This document shows positions 17,973 through 25,726 of a DNA stretch of 64,000 nucleotides, one piece after another. This DNA is from Acidobacteriota bacterium. Lineage in GTDB: Bacteria; Acidobacteriota; Terriglobia; Acidiferrales; UBA7541. Within the stretch, counting starts at the first letter, position 1. Each line of letters starts with the position of its first letter. The DNA lies in NCBI GenBank assembly GCA_003223295.1, contig QHYM01000103.1, forward strand, positions 6,581 to 70,580. The letters are read 5' to 3'. The notes beneath the pieces were generated by a model. The model was not told where the DNA came from. It ran no database searches and worked only from the letters and a program-made list of their open reading frames with translations. A program made the translations under genes and the position numbers.

Positions 17973-19101
17973 CGCCTTTTTGGAAGGGATCAGGTATACC
18001 TTTCGGTTCTGATCCGTGTATCTTCACAGCTATTGCCCTAATTTCCTCAGAAGCTCTATAAATTCGTCCTCTCCGTTCTCCTGTTGGTACGAGCAGACCT
18101 GATTCTACAGCCGCTCGTAAATCTCGACTTGCAACAACTTTGCTTACTTCAGCAAAATGCCTGTAGGTGGCGCTGCGAACGCGAAATCCCATCGCCGCAT
18201 CAGCAACAGCCCCTATTACGCGGTCCGGCAAATTTTTCCTTGCTACTTCTCTTTCCAATTCATCCCACAATTTCTTGATGATCACTGAACGTCTCAGGAC
18301 AGTACCAGCTTGGCGATAATGAGCGGTGAGGTTGAATCGAATCCACGGACGAGTATCGCGTTGCGGATTCCACTTGCCACGCCCAACCTCAGCTAGAATG
18401 TCGTAATAGTCTTGAGTGTTTTTCCCCAAATATTCCTCGATTGAACAGAATGTGGGGTCAACAATTCCTTTGATTGCTAAAACGAGAGTCTGCAAACATC
18501 GAGCCATTCTGCCATTCCCATCGGAGAACGGATGGATCATCGTTAAATTGAGATGCGCCATAGCCGCTTTGACGAGAGTGTGTTCACTATCTCGTGGGCC
18601 GTTAAGGTACTCGACGAGTTCCGCTACGAGTTTCGCAACAATATCGGCGGGTGGGCCTTCGTAAACATTCTCTCCCTTCGATTCATCTCGGACATAGATC
18701 GGCCCTGGCCGCCAGTTCCCTGGATGTTTTGTAAGATCGTAGCTCAGCATCATGAAGTGGAGGCTTCTAAGGAAACCATCATTGAAAGCGAAGCTAGAGT
18801 CTTTGGAGAGTTGCAGAACGTAGGTCATAGCATTGCGATAGCCTGTTACTGCATGCCACGTCTCTTCCCCTGCCTCAAGTGGTTCGTCTCCTTCGGCGGC
18901 TGCTATAGCATCCTCGGCGGTTACCAGATAACCTTCAATGCTATTTGATCCCCGAATCGCGCGAGCAAAGGCGTTTCGCCGCAAAACACCCTCCCATCGC
19001 GAGGGTGTAGACAAGCTGTATTTAAGCGACTTATGCATCTTCGCAATGGCGGCAATGACTTCTAATTCTTCTTTTCTAAGCTCCACGCTCTTAAAGATCA
19101 T
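17956..19101 (-). CDS. Fic family protein (class II, N-terminal inhibitory helix; C-terminal wHTH-like region)
   Basis: 381 aa. Canonical Fic motif HPFSDGNGRMAR (nt 18499-18534) and inhibitory motif SNSIEG, which fits [ST]xxxE[GN] (nt 18931-18948). Confidence 0.9.
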   Translation of the reverse strand: MIFKSVELRKEELEVIAAIAKMHKSLKYSLSTPSRWEGVLRRNAFARAIRGSNSIEGYLVTAEDAIAAAEGDEPLEAGEETWHAVTGYRNAMTYVLQLSKDSSFAFNDGFLRSLHFMMLSYDLTKHPGNWRPGPIYVRDESKGENVYEGPPADIVAKLVAELVEYLNGPRDSEHTLVKAAMAHLNLTMIHPFSDGNGRMARCLQTLVLAIKGIVDPTFCSIEEYLGKNTQDYYDILAEVGRGKWNPQRDTRPWIRFNLTAHYRQAGTVLRRSVIIKKLWDELEREVARKNLPDRVIGAVADAAMGFRVRSATYRHFAEVSKVVASRDLRAAVESGLLVPTGERRGRIYRASEEIRAIAVKIHGSEPKGIPDPFQKGVTLIS

Positions 19102-19136
19102 GTTCCTTATCCTATAATCAGTGAACTTCCGTATAA

Positions 19137-19165
19137 ATAATAATTGACTTTTAGTCCCATGTCAA
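19137..19165 (-). promoter_or_regulatory. sigma70-like promoter candidate for fic
   Basis: On the minus strand: TTGACA (19165-19160), 17-nt spacer, TATTAT (19142-19137), about 35 nt upstream of the Fic ATG. Confidence 0.5.
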
Positions 19166-19171
19166 TATACT
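19144..19171 (+). promoter_or_regulatory. sigma70-like promoter candidate for the transposase
   Basis: TTGACT (19144-19149), 16-nt spacer, TATACT (19166-19171), then the GAGAGGAA SD and ATG at 19196. Confidence 0.5.
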
Positions 19172-19195
19172 ATTTTCACTGAGAGGAATAGACCA

Positions 19196-20047
19196 ATGAA
19201 CCGACTAAGAAGGGCAAAGCAGGCGCAAATCATCTCAGCCCTGGTTGAGGGAAATTCTCTACGCGCCACTTCGCGCATGACTGGCGTTTCAAAGGTGACG
19301 ATTCTTCGACTGCTGAAATCGCTCGGGGCAGCCTGCGCCGCGTATCAGGATAAGGTCCTACGAAACCTCACGTGTAAGCGGATTCAGTGCGATGAGATTT
19401 GGCAATTCTGCTATGCCAAAGACAAGAACGTGCCCGCCGATAAACAAGGGCAGTTTGGCTATGGGAATGTGTGGACCGGGGTTGCGCTCGATGCGGAAAC
19501 GAAATTGATTCCTAGCTGGCGCGTTGGGACACGCGGGGCGGCCACCGCCTATGAGTTCATGCACGATTTGGCTGGGCGTCTGGCGAATCGCGTACAACTG
19601 ACCACAGACGGCCATCGCGTGTATCTAGACGCGGTAGAAAGTGCATTCGGCTCAGAGATTGATTACGCGATGCTGGTCAAGCTGTATGGCGGAGATCGTG
19701 AGGAAAGCGAAGCTCGCTATAGTCCGGCAGAGTGCATCGGATGCCGTACGATCCCCATTTCTGGCAACCCGAAAGCAAAGCATATTTCTACTAGCTATGT
19801 TGAGCGCCAGAATCTCACAATGCGGATGTCTATGCGCCGATTCACGCGGCTCACCAATGCATTCTCAAAGAAAGTGGAGAATCACGAGCACGCGCTGGCC
19901 CTTCACTATATGCATTACAACTTCTGCCGGATTCACCAAACACTGCGCGTCAAACCAGCGATGGAAGCGGGAATTGCCGACCACGTTTGGAACATAGAAG
20001 AATTGGTGGGACTATTGGACAGAATGCAGACTGAGGCAGCGGCATGA
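19196..20047 (+). CDS. IS1 family DDE transposase (single-ORF type, N-terminal HTH)
   Basis: 283 aa. CDEIWQFCYAK ... WTGVALDAETKLIPSW ... LTTDGHRVY ... YVERQNLTMRMSMRRFTRLTNAFSKKVENHEHALALHYMHYNFCRIH is the conserved IS1-type C-terminal pattern (ERxNLTxR...R.T..FSK...H). Confidence 0.8.
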   Translation: MNRLRRAKQAQIISALVEGNSLRATSRMTGVSKVTILRLLKSLGAACAAYQDKVLRNLTCKRIQCDEIWQFCYAKDKNVPADKQGQFGYGNVWTGVALDAETKLIPSWRVGTRGAATAYEFMHDLAGRLANRVQLTTDGHRVYLDAVESAFGSEIDYAMLVKLYGGDREESEARYSPAECIGCRTIPISGNPKAKHISTSYVERQNLTMRMSMRRFTRLTNAFSKKVENHEHALALHYMHYNFCRIHQTLRVKPAMEAGIADHVWNIEELVGLLDRMQTEAAA

Positions 20048-20259
20048 TCTCGCAAGTACAAATGTACGCCCTACTAGGTGTTGTATGGGTTGGTGGCTGG
20101 GGATTCATGTTCTTCGCCTATCCTGAACTAGTGTGTCGAATTTTCAGAGTAAAAAATCCCACGCCCAAGAGGCTCAAACTCATCAAAATAACGGGAGCCG
20201 TCGAGTTGGTCTTGGTTTTCAGTGCGTCTATTGGATACGCAATTTTCGGTTTCCATTGA
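20044..20259 (+). CDS. small two-TM membrane protein (71 aa), transposon cargo
   Basis: An ATGA start/stop overlap with the transposase suggests translational coupling. There are two hydrophobic helices, and the stop codon abuts the right IR. Confidence 0.4.
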   Translation: MISQVQMYALLGVVWVGGWGFMFFAYPELVCRIFRVKNPTPKRLKLIKITGAVELVLVFSASIGYAIFGFH

Positions 20260-20274
20260 AACTGTACCACTACC
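20259..20274. repeat. terminal inverted repeat, right (AAACTGTACCACTACC)
   Basis: Exact reverse complement of 17764-17779. Confidence 0.85.
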
Positions 20275-20282
20275 AACAAGCC
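20275..20282. repeat. target-site duplication, right copy (AACAAGCC)
   Basis: Identical to 17756-17763. Confidence 0.8.
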
Positions 20283-20284
20283 AA

Positions 20285-21676
20285 TTAGGTCGCCTTGTCA
20301 TCCGCCTTGCGCGAAACACGCTTCAGCACGCGAAACACGGGATAACTCAGGACAAGCATTCCCAGGGCCAGCGGAGCATTCTTCTGGTCGGTGACAATCG
20401 AACCAATCAGGAACAAAACCGAGGCCGCCAGCGCAACTCCGGTGAGCCAAGGGTAACCCAGCGCTCGATACGGGCGTGGCATCTCCGGCTCTCGCTTTCG
20501 CAGGACGAAGACCGACGCGTAGGAAAGCGTGTAATTTGCCACGAAGAAAAACGAGAGCATGGCCGTGATACGCTGGAAGGCGTCTCGGCCCATGAAGGAA
20601 ATCACAAGGAAGAGCACACCGACGAGCGTGCTGAGAAAAAGTGAGACCGTCGGTGTTCCGCCTTTGTTTACCGTCGTCGCGCTGCGAAAGAAGAGCCCGT
20701 CGCAACTCATGGCATACACTGTCCGTGTACAGAAGAGTTGATTGGCGTTGAGACAGCTCAGCATGGAAATCACCATGATCGAGCGGATGATTGGGTCCCC
20801 AAGACTTCCGAACACCCGATCGGCAACGGTTCCAAGGACAAAAGTATTCCCGGCGATTTCATTCATGGGCACGATGTACAGCGCGATCAGATTCAGCAGC
20901 AGATAAATGCCCATGATGGAGAACACGCTGCCGAAAATGGCACGCGGAATATCGCGGCCGGGATCGCGCACCTCTTCGCCGAAATAGATGACGCCATCCC
21001 AGCCGTCCACCGTGTAGATGACGGCCTGAAGTCCCAGCATGACTGCGATGGCCAGAGGCCAGCCCGACGGCAAGGGAAGTGCGGCGGCGGACTGCACGGC
21101 AGCTTTGTGAGCTGCTCCTCCCCAGAGAAAAGCTGCGCCGACGAGAATCACGAATGCGCCGGTCTTGAGCGCGGCAGTCAAGAGTTGCGCGCCACTTCCC
21201 CAGCGAATGCCGCGCCACTGCAGGACCCCAAACCCGACAATGATCCCCACGGAAAGACTTTGCACGCGGCCCACGAAGATGGGGAACAAGTGGCCGCTAT
21301 ATTCGCTGATGACGATGGCGACAGCGGCCGCGGTGCCGCAGGTGGAGAGCCAGTCACTCCAGCCAACGATGAAGCCGGCGTAATCGCCGAGCGCGCGCCG
21401 CGAAAAATTATACTGGCCGCCGCTACGCGGAATCGCAGCGCCAAGTTCGGCCATGGAAGATGCGCCGCAGAGCGCGTAGAGCCCGCCAAGAATCCAGATG
21501 CTTAGAAACAACCACGCGTTGGGCAATTGCTTCGCAACATCGCCAGGCGTGTAGACGATGCCTGCAGCAATCGTATTTCCGATGGCTACCGACATACCAA
21601 ACCACATGCCGAGAACTTTCAAGAGCCGGCCGCGGCTGTAAGGCTGAGTGGAAGACGCCAACGAGCTGGTCGTCAA
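20285..21676 (-). CDS. APC superfamily amino acid permease
   Basis: 463 aa with about 12 TM segments and an N-terminal region LKVLGMWFGMSVAIGNTIAAGI typical of APC transporters. TTG start at 21676, uncertain. Confidence 0.85.
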   Translation of the reverse strand: MTTSSLASSTQPYSRGRLLKVLGMWFGMSVAIGNTIAAGIVYTPGDVAKQLPNAWLFLSIWILGGLYALCGASSMAELGAAIPRSGGQYNFSRRALGDYAGFIVGWSDWLSTCGTAAAVAIVISEYSGHLFPIFVGRVQSLSVGIIVGFGVLQWRGIRWGSGAQLLTAALKTGAFVILVGAAFLWGGAAHKAAVQSAAALPLPSGWPLAIAVMLGLQAVIYTVDGWDGVIYFGEEVRDPGRDIPRAIFGSVFSIMGIYLLLNLIALYIVPMNEIAGNTFVLGTVADRVFGSLGDPIIRSIMVISMLSCLNANQLFCTRTVYAMSCDGLFFRSATTVNKGGTPTVSLFLSTLVGVLFLVISFMGRDAFQRITAMLSFFFVANYTLSYASVFVLRKREPEMPRPYRALGYPWLTGVALAASVLFLIGSIVTDQKNAPLALGMLVLSYPVFRVLKRVSRKADDKAT

Positions 21677-21801
21677 TTTACCCCGCTAGAGAAGCGTGTG
21701 TGGGAGCAGCAAGGCGGCCATCATAACTGCCAGCGCGGAAAATGCAAGCTTGAGTAGCGATATCTGCGCGGGTAATTGGTACCAGCGGAACGCGATGCGC
21801 T

Positions 21802-22530
21802 TCAGCGCGGCTTGCCAACGAAATTCCATTTTCCCCAGGCGAAAGACTCATGAACCGGCACAAAGTGTTCTCGAGCGACTTTCTGCATGAGCTCTGGCTG
21901 ACTCAGCCACTGTGTATACGTGCGAATTTCGTGCTCGCTCATGGTGGCGAACGCATCCATTTTGTTCGAAAGCCTGCGGACAATCGGAATTTCGGAAACG
22001 AAGTGGACAAAAGTCAGAAAAGGCGTGCGCCAGGGTTCCACGAACATCACGAGGCCGTCTTTTCGCAAGACGCGCTGCATTTCCGAAAATGTTTGGTCCA
22101 GGTCTCCGGGCAGGTTCGGCAAGTGATGCAGGCCCCCTTGCACGATAAGAACATCCTTGCTGCGGTCGTCGAAAGGGAGCTTGCGGCAGTCAGCGATGGT
22201 ACATTTCGCGGAGCCTTTGTACTGGGCGATCAATCGCGGAGAAAGATCCACCCCTTCCAGGCGCGTGAACCCGAGACGCTGCAGTGCGACCAAACCATTG
22301 CCGCGTCCACAAAAAAGCTCAACAATTTCCGCATCGCTAGGCCATTGCCGCGCGCCAAGGCGATTGAGCCGGCCGATAAACTTACGTATTTCCTCTTCCG
22401 GCGTTTCGAACCGCAGGTAAGCGGCTTCCCATGGATTGGGAGTCAGCGCTGCCTGCGCTTCCGATTCATTATGCGAGTCAGACATTTGTGTTTGGGCAGC
22501 GGACATCCTTGAGTCATCGAAGGTTCCCAT
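21802..22530 (-). CDS. class I SAM-dependent methyltransferase
   Basis: Motif I VELFCGRGNGLVALQRLGF..LEGVDLS and post-I/II motifs (DVLIVQGGLHHL). Confidence 0.8.
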   Translation of the reverse strand: MGTFDDSRMSAAQTQMSDSHNESEAQAALTPNPWEAAYLRFETPEEEIRKFIGRLNRLGARQWPSDAEIVELFCGRGNGLVALQRLGFTRLEGVDLSPRLIAQYKGSAKCTIADCRKLPFDDRSKDVLIVQGGLHHLPNLPGDLDQTFSEMQRVLRKDGLVMFVEPWRTPFLTFVHFVSEIPIVRRLSNKMDAFATMSEHEIRTYTQWLSQPELMQKVAREHFVPVHESFAWGKWNFVGKPR

Positions 22531-22550
22531 AGATAGGTACTCAATTCAAG

Positions 22551-23864
22551 ATGAATGCCGGGAAAGCGTCGCTGCCGAACCCGAGTGGGCAAGCCAGTGG
22601 CGTGAAAAGTCCCGCGGAGCGCGATATGATGTTGCCAGCTATGGGCGCTACGCTAGCTTCCGACAGCGCACAGTCTGAACGGGTCGACAAGACACTGCCG
22701 GTGGAAGTGTCGGTGGTCATTCCCTGCCTGAATGAGGCGAACTCCCTAGCTTTCTGCGTGGACAAAGCGGTGAAGGCATTCCGCGCATCGGGTCTTTCCG
22801 GCGAAGTGGTCGTAGCGGACAATGGCTCGACGGACGGATCGCTTCAAATCGCAGAAGAGCACGGCGCGCGCGTGGTGCACGTGCCGGAGCGCGGCTATGG
22901 TTCGGCGCTGCGCGCAGGAATTGCGGCAGCTCGAGGGCCGCTCATCATCATGGGCGATGCGGACGACAGCTACGACTTTACCGATGTGCCGCGTTTCGTA
23001 GACAAGTTGCGGGAAGGCTACGACATAGTGATGGGCAACCGCTTTCGCGGGGGAATCAAGCCCGGAGCCATGCCTCCGTCCCATAAGTATTTGGGGAATC
23101 CGGGGCTCACGGCCCTGCTCAACACCTTATTTCGGGCCCACATCGGTGACAGCTATTGCGGCATGCGTGGATTTACGCGGGCGCTCTACGACCGATTGGA
23201 TGTGCGCAGTACCGGAATGGAATTTGCGCTGGAAATGATCATCAAGGCCGCGCAAATCGGGGCACGCATCTCGGAAATCCCCATTATTCTGTGGCCCGAC
23301 AAACGCGGGCGTCCGCCACACCTCCGCAGTTTTCGCGATGGATGGCGCAGCCTGCGATTCATGTTGTTGTACGCGCCAAACTGGCTGTTTCTCTTACCGG
23401 GCGCCGCTTTGGTCGTGGTTGGACTTTCTCTTGTATTCTGGTTGCTGCCCGGGCCGCGCCAGATTTCGCCTCACGTCATTCTGGACGTGCACACCATGAT
23501 TTTTGGCGTAATCTTTACGCTGCTGGGAGTGCAAACCTTGTCCATCGGCGCGTTCGCGAAGCTGTTCAGTTACGCGGAGCGTTTTGACCGCGGCTCAGTC
23601 TCTCTGAAGCGCCTACTAAAGCGGATCACTCTCGAATCCGGTTTGCTGCTTGGAGGGGCGCTGTTCCTCACGGGCTTCGCTGGTTGCGCGTGGGTCACTT
23701 GGCAGTGGGCCGCGAGCGGTTTTGGCGAGCTCCACCAAGTGCGTCAGGTGCTTTTCTGGGCGATGTGGCTGTTCATTGGAATTCAGGTGATCTTCGCTTC
23801 GTTTTTCCTCAGCATGCTGGGCATCAGCCGCGGCACCTACATCGGTGATTACGACTTAAAGTAA
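22551..23864 (+). CDS. family 2 glycosyltransferase with C-terminal 4-TM domain (polyprenyl-phosphate sugar synthase-like)
   Basis: VSVVIPCLNEANSL ... VVVADNGSTDGS ... IIMGDADDSYDF (DxD region), followed by four hydrophobic helices. Confidence 0.85.
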   Translation: MNAGKASLPNPSGQASGVKSPAERDMMLPAMGATLASDSAQSERVDKTLPVEVSVVIPCLNEANSLAFCVDKAVKAFRASGLSGEVVVADNGSTDGSLQIAEEHGARVVHVPERGYGSALRAGIAAARGPLIIMGDADDSYDFTDVPRFVDKLREGYDIVMGNRFRGGIKPGAMPPSHKYLGNPGLTALLNTLFRAHIGDSYCGMRGFTRALYDRLDVRSTGMEFALEMIIKAAQIGARISEIPIILWPDKRGRPPHLRSFRDGWRSLRFMLLYAPNWLFLLPGAALVVVGLSLVFWLLPGPRQISPHVILDVHTMIFGVIFTLLGVQTLSIGAFAKLFSYAERFDRGSVSLKRLLKRITLESGLLLGGALFLTGFAGCAWVTWQWAASGFGELHQVRQVLFWAMWLFIGIQVIFASFFLSMLGISRGTYIGDYDLK

Positions 23865-23921
23865 TTTGCCTGTGCGAATTAGGGCTTCGTATCGCGATTT
23901 CTGCCAGCGGGGACGAGCCGT

Positions 23922-25631
23922 TCATTGCTGGCCTGGCGATTCCGAGGAAGCCTGGTAGGGGATTAATTCCGTGTTGTCTTTGTCGGGCTCGACCAGCCAG
24001 ACCTGCCGATCATTGAAATAGGCCAACAGCTTTGCATTCTGCTCCGCATCGAGTTCGCGCGCCCAGAGCACCTTGGCGGAATCGATCTCCGCGCCGTTGT
24101 AGACCCATTCGTCGTGAATGTTGTGATCCTCCTCGTAGCGCACGAGGATGAGATGCTTTCCCGGAGCGTGTGATAGTTTTTCCTGGATGGCCGCGCGGCT
24201 GGGATCCCCTTGGCAAGTCCATTCCAATGGGTCGCATTGGTGGTTTGACACGCGGAAGGCGACTTCCGCCGCCAGGAGACAGACCGCAGCGCACGAAAGC
24301 GCAAGCCCGACGGGGCGGCGTGCAACACGCATGACCCGCAAATGACGGATCGCTTGGACAAGCAGCAAAAATATCACGCAAGTCGCCGGCGCGGCGTAGT
24401 GGGGGAAGGACCAAATGGAAGCCAGAAAGCCGGCCGTAACCAACACTAATGCGGTCAGAGGTAGCCGCATCTTGCGGTCGCGAAATGCGTAGGGAAGGGC
24501 AGGCAAGAGAAGTAGAGCCCCCCACCAGAAATACGTGCTGCCGCTTCGGGTCAATTTTTCCGCAGAAACTCTCCACACGTCTTGCCAAGAGTTTTGATAA
24601 TCCTCGCGCTCCCAACCATTGTAGAAATCTTCGAACTGCTGGTTGTGGTATTGCATGGGCGGCTTGGGATGGTCCCAGAGGAAGAGACCCATCGTGCGGT
24701 AGGTGCGCGAATGCAAAGCGTGGGGGAATAGCAACGCGTTTCCAGTGAGCCGCCAGTTGTAATAGCCCATGAATGCGATGGTCAACACCAAGACGGCCGC
24801 CAGCGGCGTGAGCACGCGCGCTATGCGAGTTCGCACGCTGGCCTTGGACTTAGTTTTCCCTGCAAGCCACCAGAGGAGCCAGCATCCCAGGGGTATGGAA
24901 AGGAGCAGACCTTCGTAAGGTCTCGTGTTGGCGAGAATCGCGAGTCCGAGCGCGAGCAGAAAAGCATCGGGCGTCCTGGCATAGCGAACAATGCGGGGCA
25001 TCGCCCCCAGCACCAGTGCGCCACCTGTGGCCGCCAGTGCTCCGCCCCAATAGCTATTCATCCAATAGCTCGCGATGGCGAACTTCAGCGCCACAAGAAC
25101 TGCGCCTAGCAACGCCCACCTCGCAGGTAGCCAGGCTTGGAGCATCCACAGGATTGCAGCGCACATCGCGCCAACGCTCAAAACCACGCCGATCCACGGG
25201 AGCCCGAGCAACTCGCCGAGCGCGAGCACGGCGCCCTGGCCGGGCGGATATTTTGAGCAATACGTCGGAAACCAATTGATGTGAAACGATTCGAAGCTCA
25301 TGCACATCGGGTGCGTAGGATTCGTGAGGCGACCATGAGCCAGCGTGTCGCCGAGTAACAAGTAACTGTATTCGTCGTGGATACCGGGAACGGGGACGGG
25401 AAGCAGCGGCAGCACGGCGAGTCGAACACCGATTATAAAGAAGAATAAGAGCCAGATAGCGAGCACTTTTCGGCGGGCCAGCCGCGCAAATGGCCACAAA
25501 ATCGCGCGCAGCAGGTTCCCGCTCCATCGAGGCGCGAGCACGGCAACGGAGATAAACGCGAGCACGACACCGATGAACGCTAAAATTTCGCCAGAAAACT
25601 GCAGCATCGTGCTGCCGCTCGAGGGACTCAT
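23922..25631 (-). CDS. polytopic membrane protein, probable GT-C fold glycosyltransferase (ArnT/PMT-like)
   Basis: 569 aa with more than 10 TM helices. An acidic motif in the first loop (GIHDEYSYLL) and a soluble C-terminal domain. The family assignment is tentative. Confidence 0.45.
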   Translation of the reverse strand: MSPSSGSTMLQFSGEILAFIGVVLAFISVAVLAPRWSGNLLRAILWPFARLARRKVLAIWLLFFFIIGVRLAVLPLLPVPVPGIHDEYSYLLLGDTLAHGRLTNPTHPMCMSFESFHINWFPTYCSKYPPGQGAVLALGELLGLPWIGVVLSVGAMCAAILWMLQAWLPARWALLGAVLVALKFAIASYWMNSYWGGALAATGGALVLGAMPRIVRYARTPDAFLLALGLAILANTRPYEGLLLSIPLGCWLLWWLAGKTKSKASVRTRIARVLTPLAAVLVLTIAFMGYYNWRLTGNALLFPHALHSRTYRTMGLFLWDHPKPPMQYHNQQFEDFYNGWEREDYQNSWQDVWRVSAEKLTRSGSTYFWWGALLLLPALPYAFRDRKMRLPLTALVLVTAGFLASIWSFPHYAAPATCVIFLLLVQAIRHLRVMRVARRPVGLALSCAAVCLLAAEVAFRVSNHQCDPLEWTCQGDPSRAAIQEKLSHAPGKHLILVRYEEDHNIHDEWVYNGAEIDSAKVLWARELDAEQNAKLLAYFNDRQVWLVEPDKDNTELIPYQASSESPGQQ

Positions 25632-25726
25632 TTTAAGGAGATATCTTTGATTCAGAACCCAGCATGATGCTGGGTGCGTTACAGGATAACCGATTTTGTG
25701 TGGAGTGAGCCGTCCTTTGTTGGTGA

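Larger units (their letters stand above)
17764..20274. mobile_element. IS1-family transposon (2511 bp) carrying a Fic gene and two small ORFs as cargo
   Basis: Perfect 16-bp terminal inverted repeats, a flanking 8-bp direct repeat, an IS1-like DDE transposase and visibly lower GC than the flanks. It is inserted between the stop codons of convergent pruA and an APC permease. Confidence 0.85.

Noticed and set aside
25657-25675. Palindrome ACCCAGCAT-G-ATGCTGGGT between pilT and the GT-C-like gene.
   Set aside because: There is no U-tract on either strand and it is short. It may be a weak terminator or a protein site, but I cannot support a specific call.
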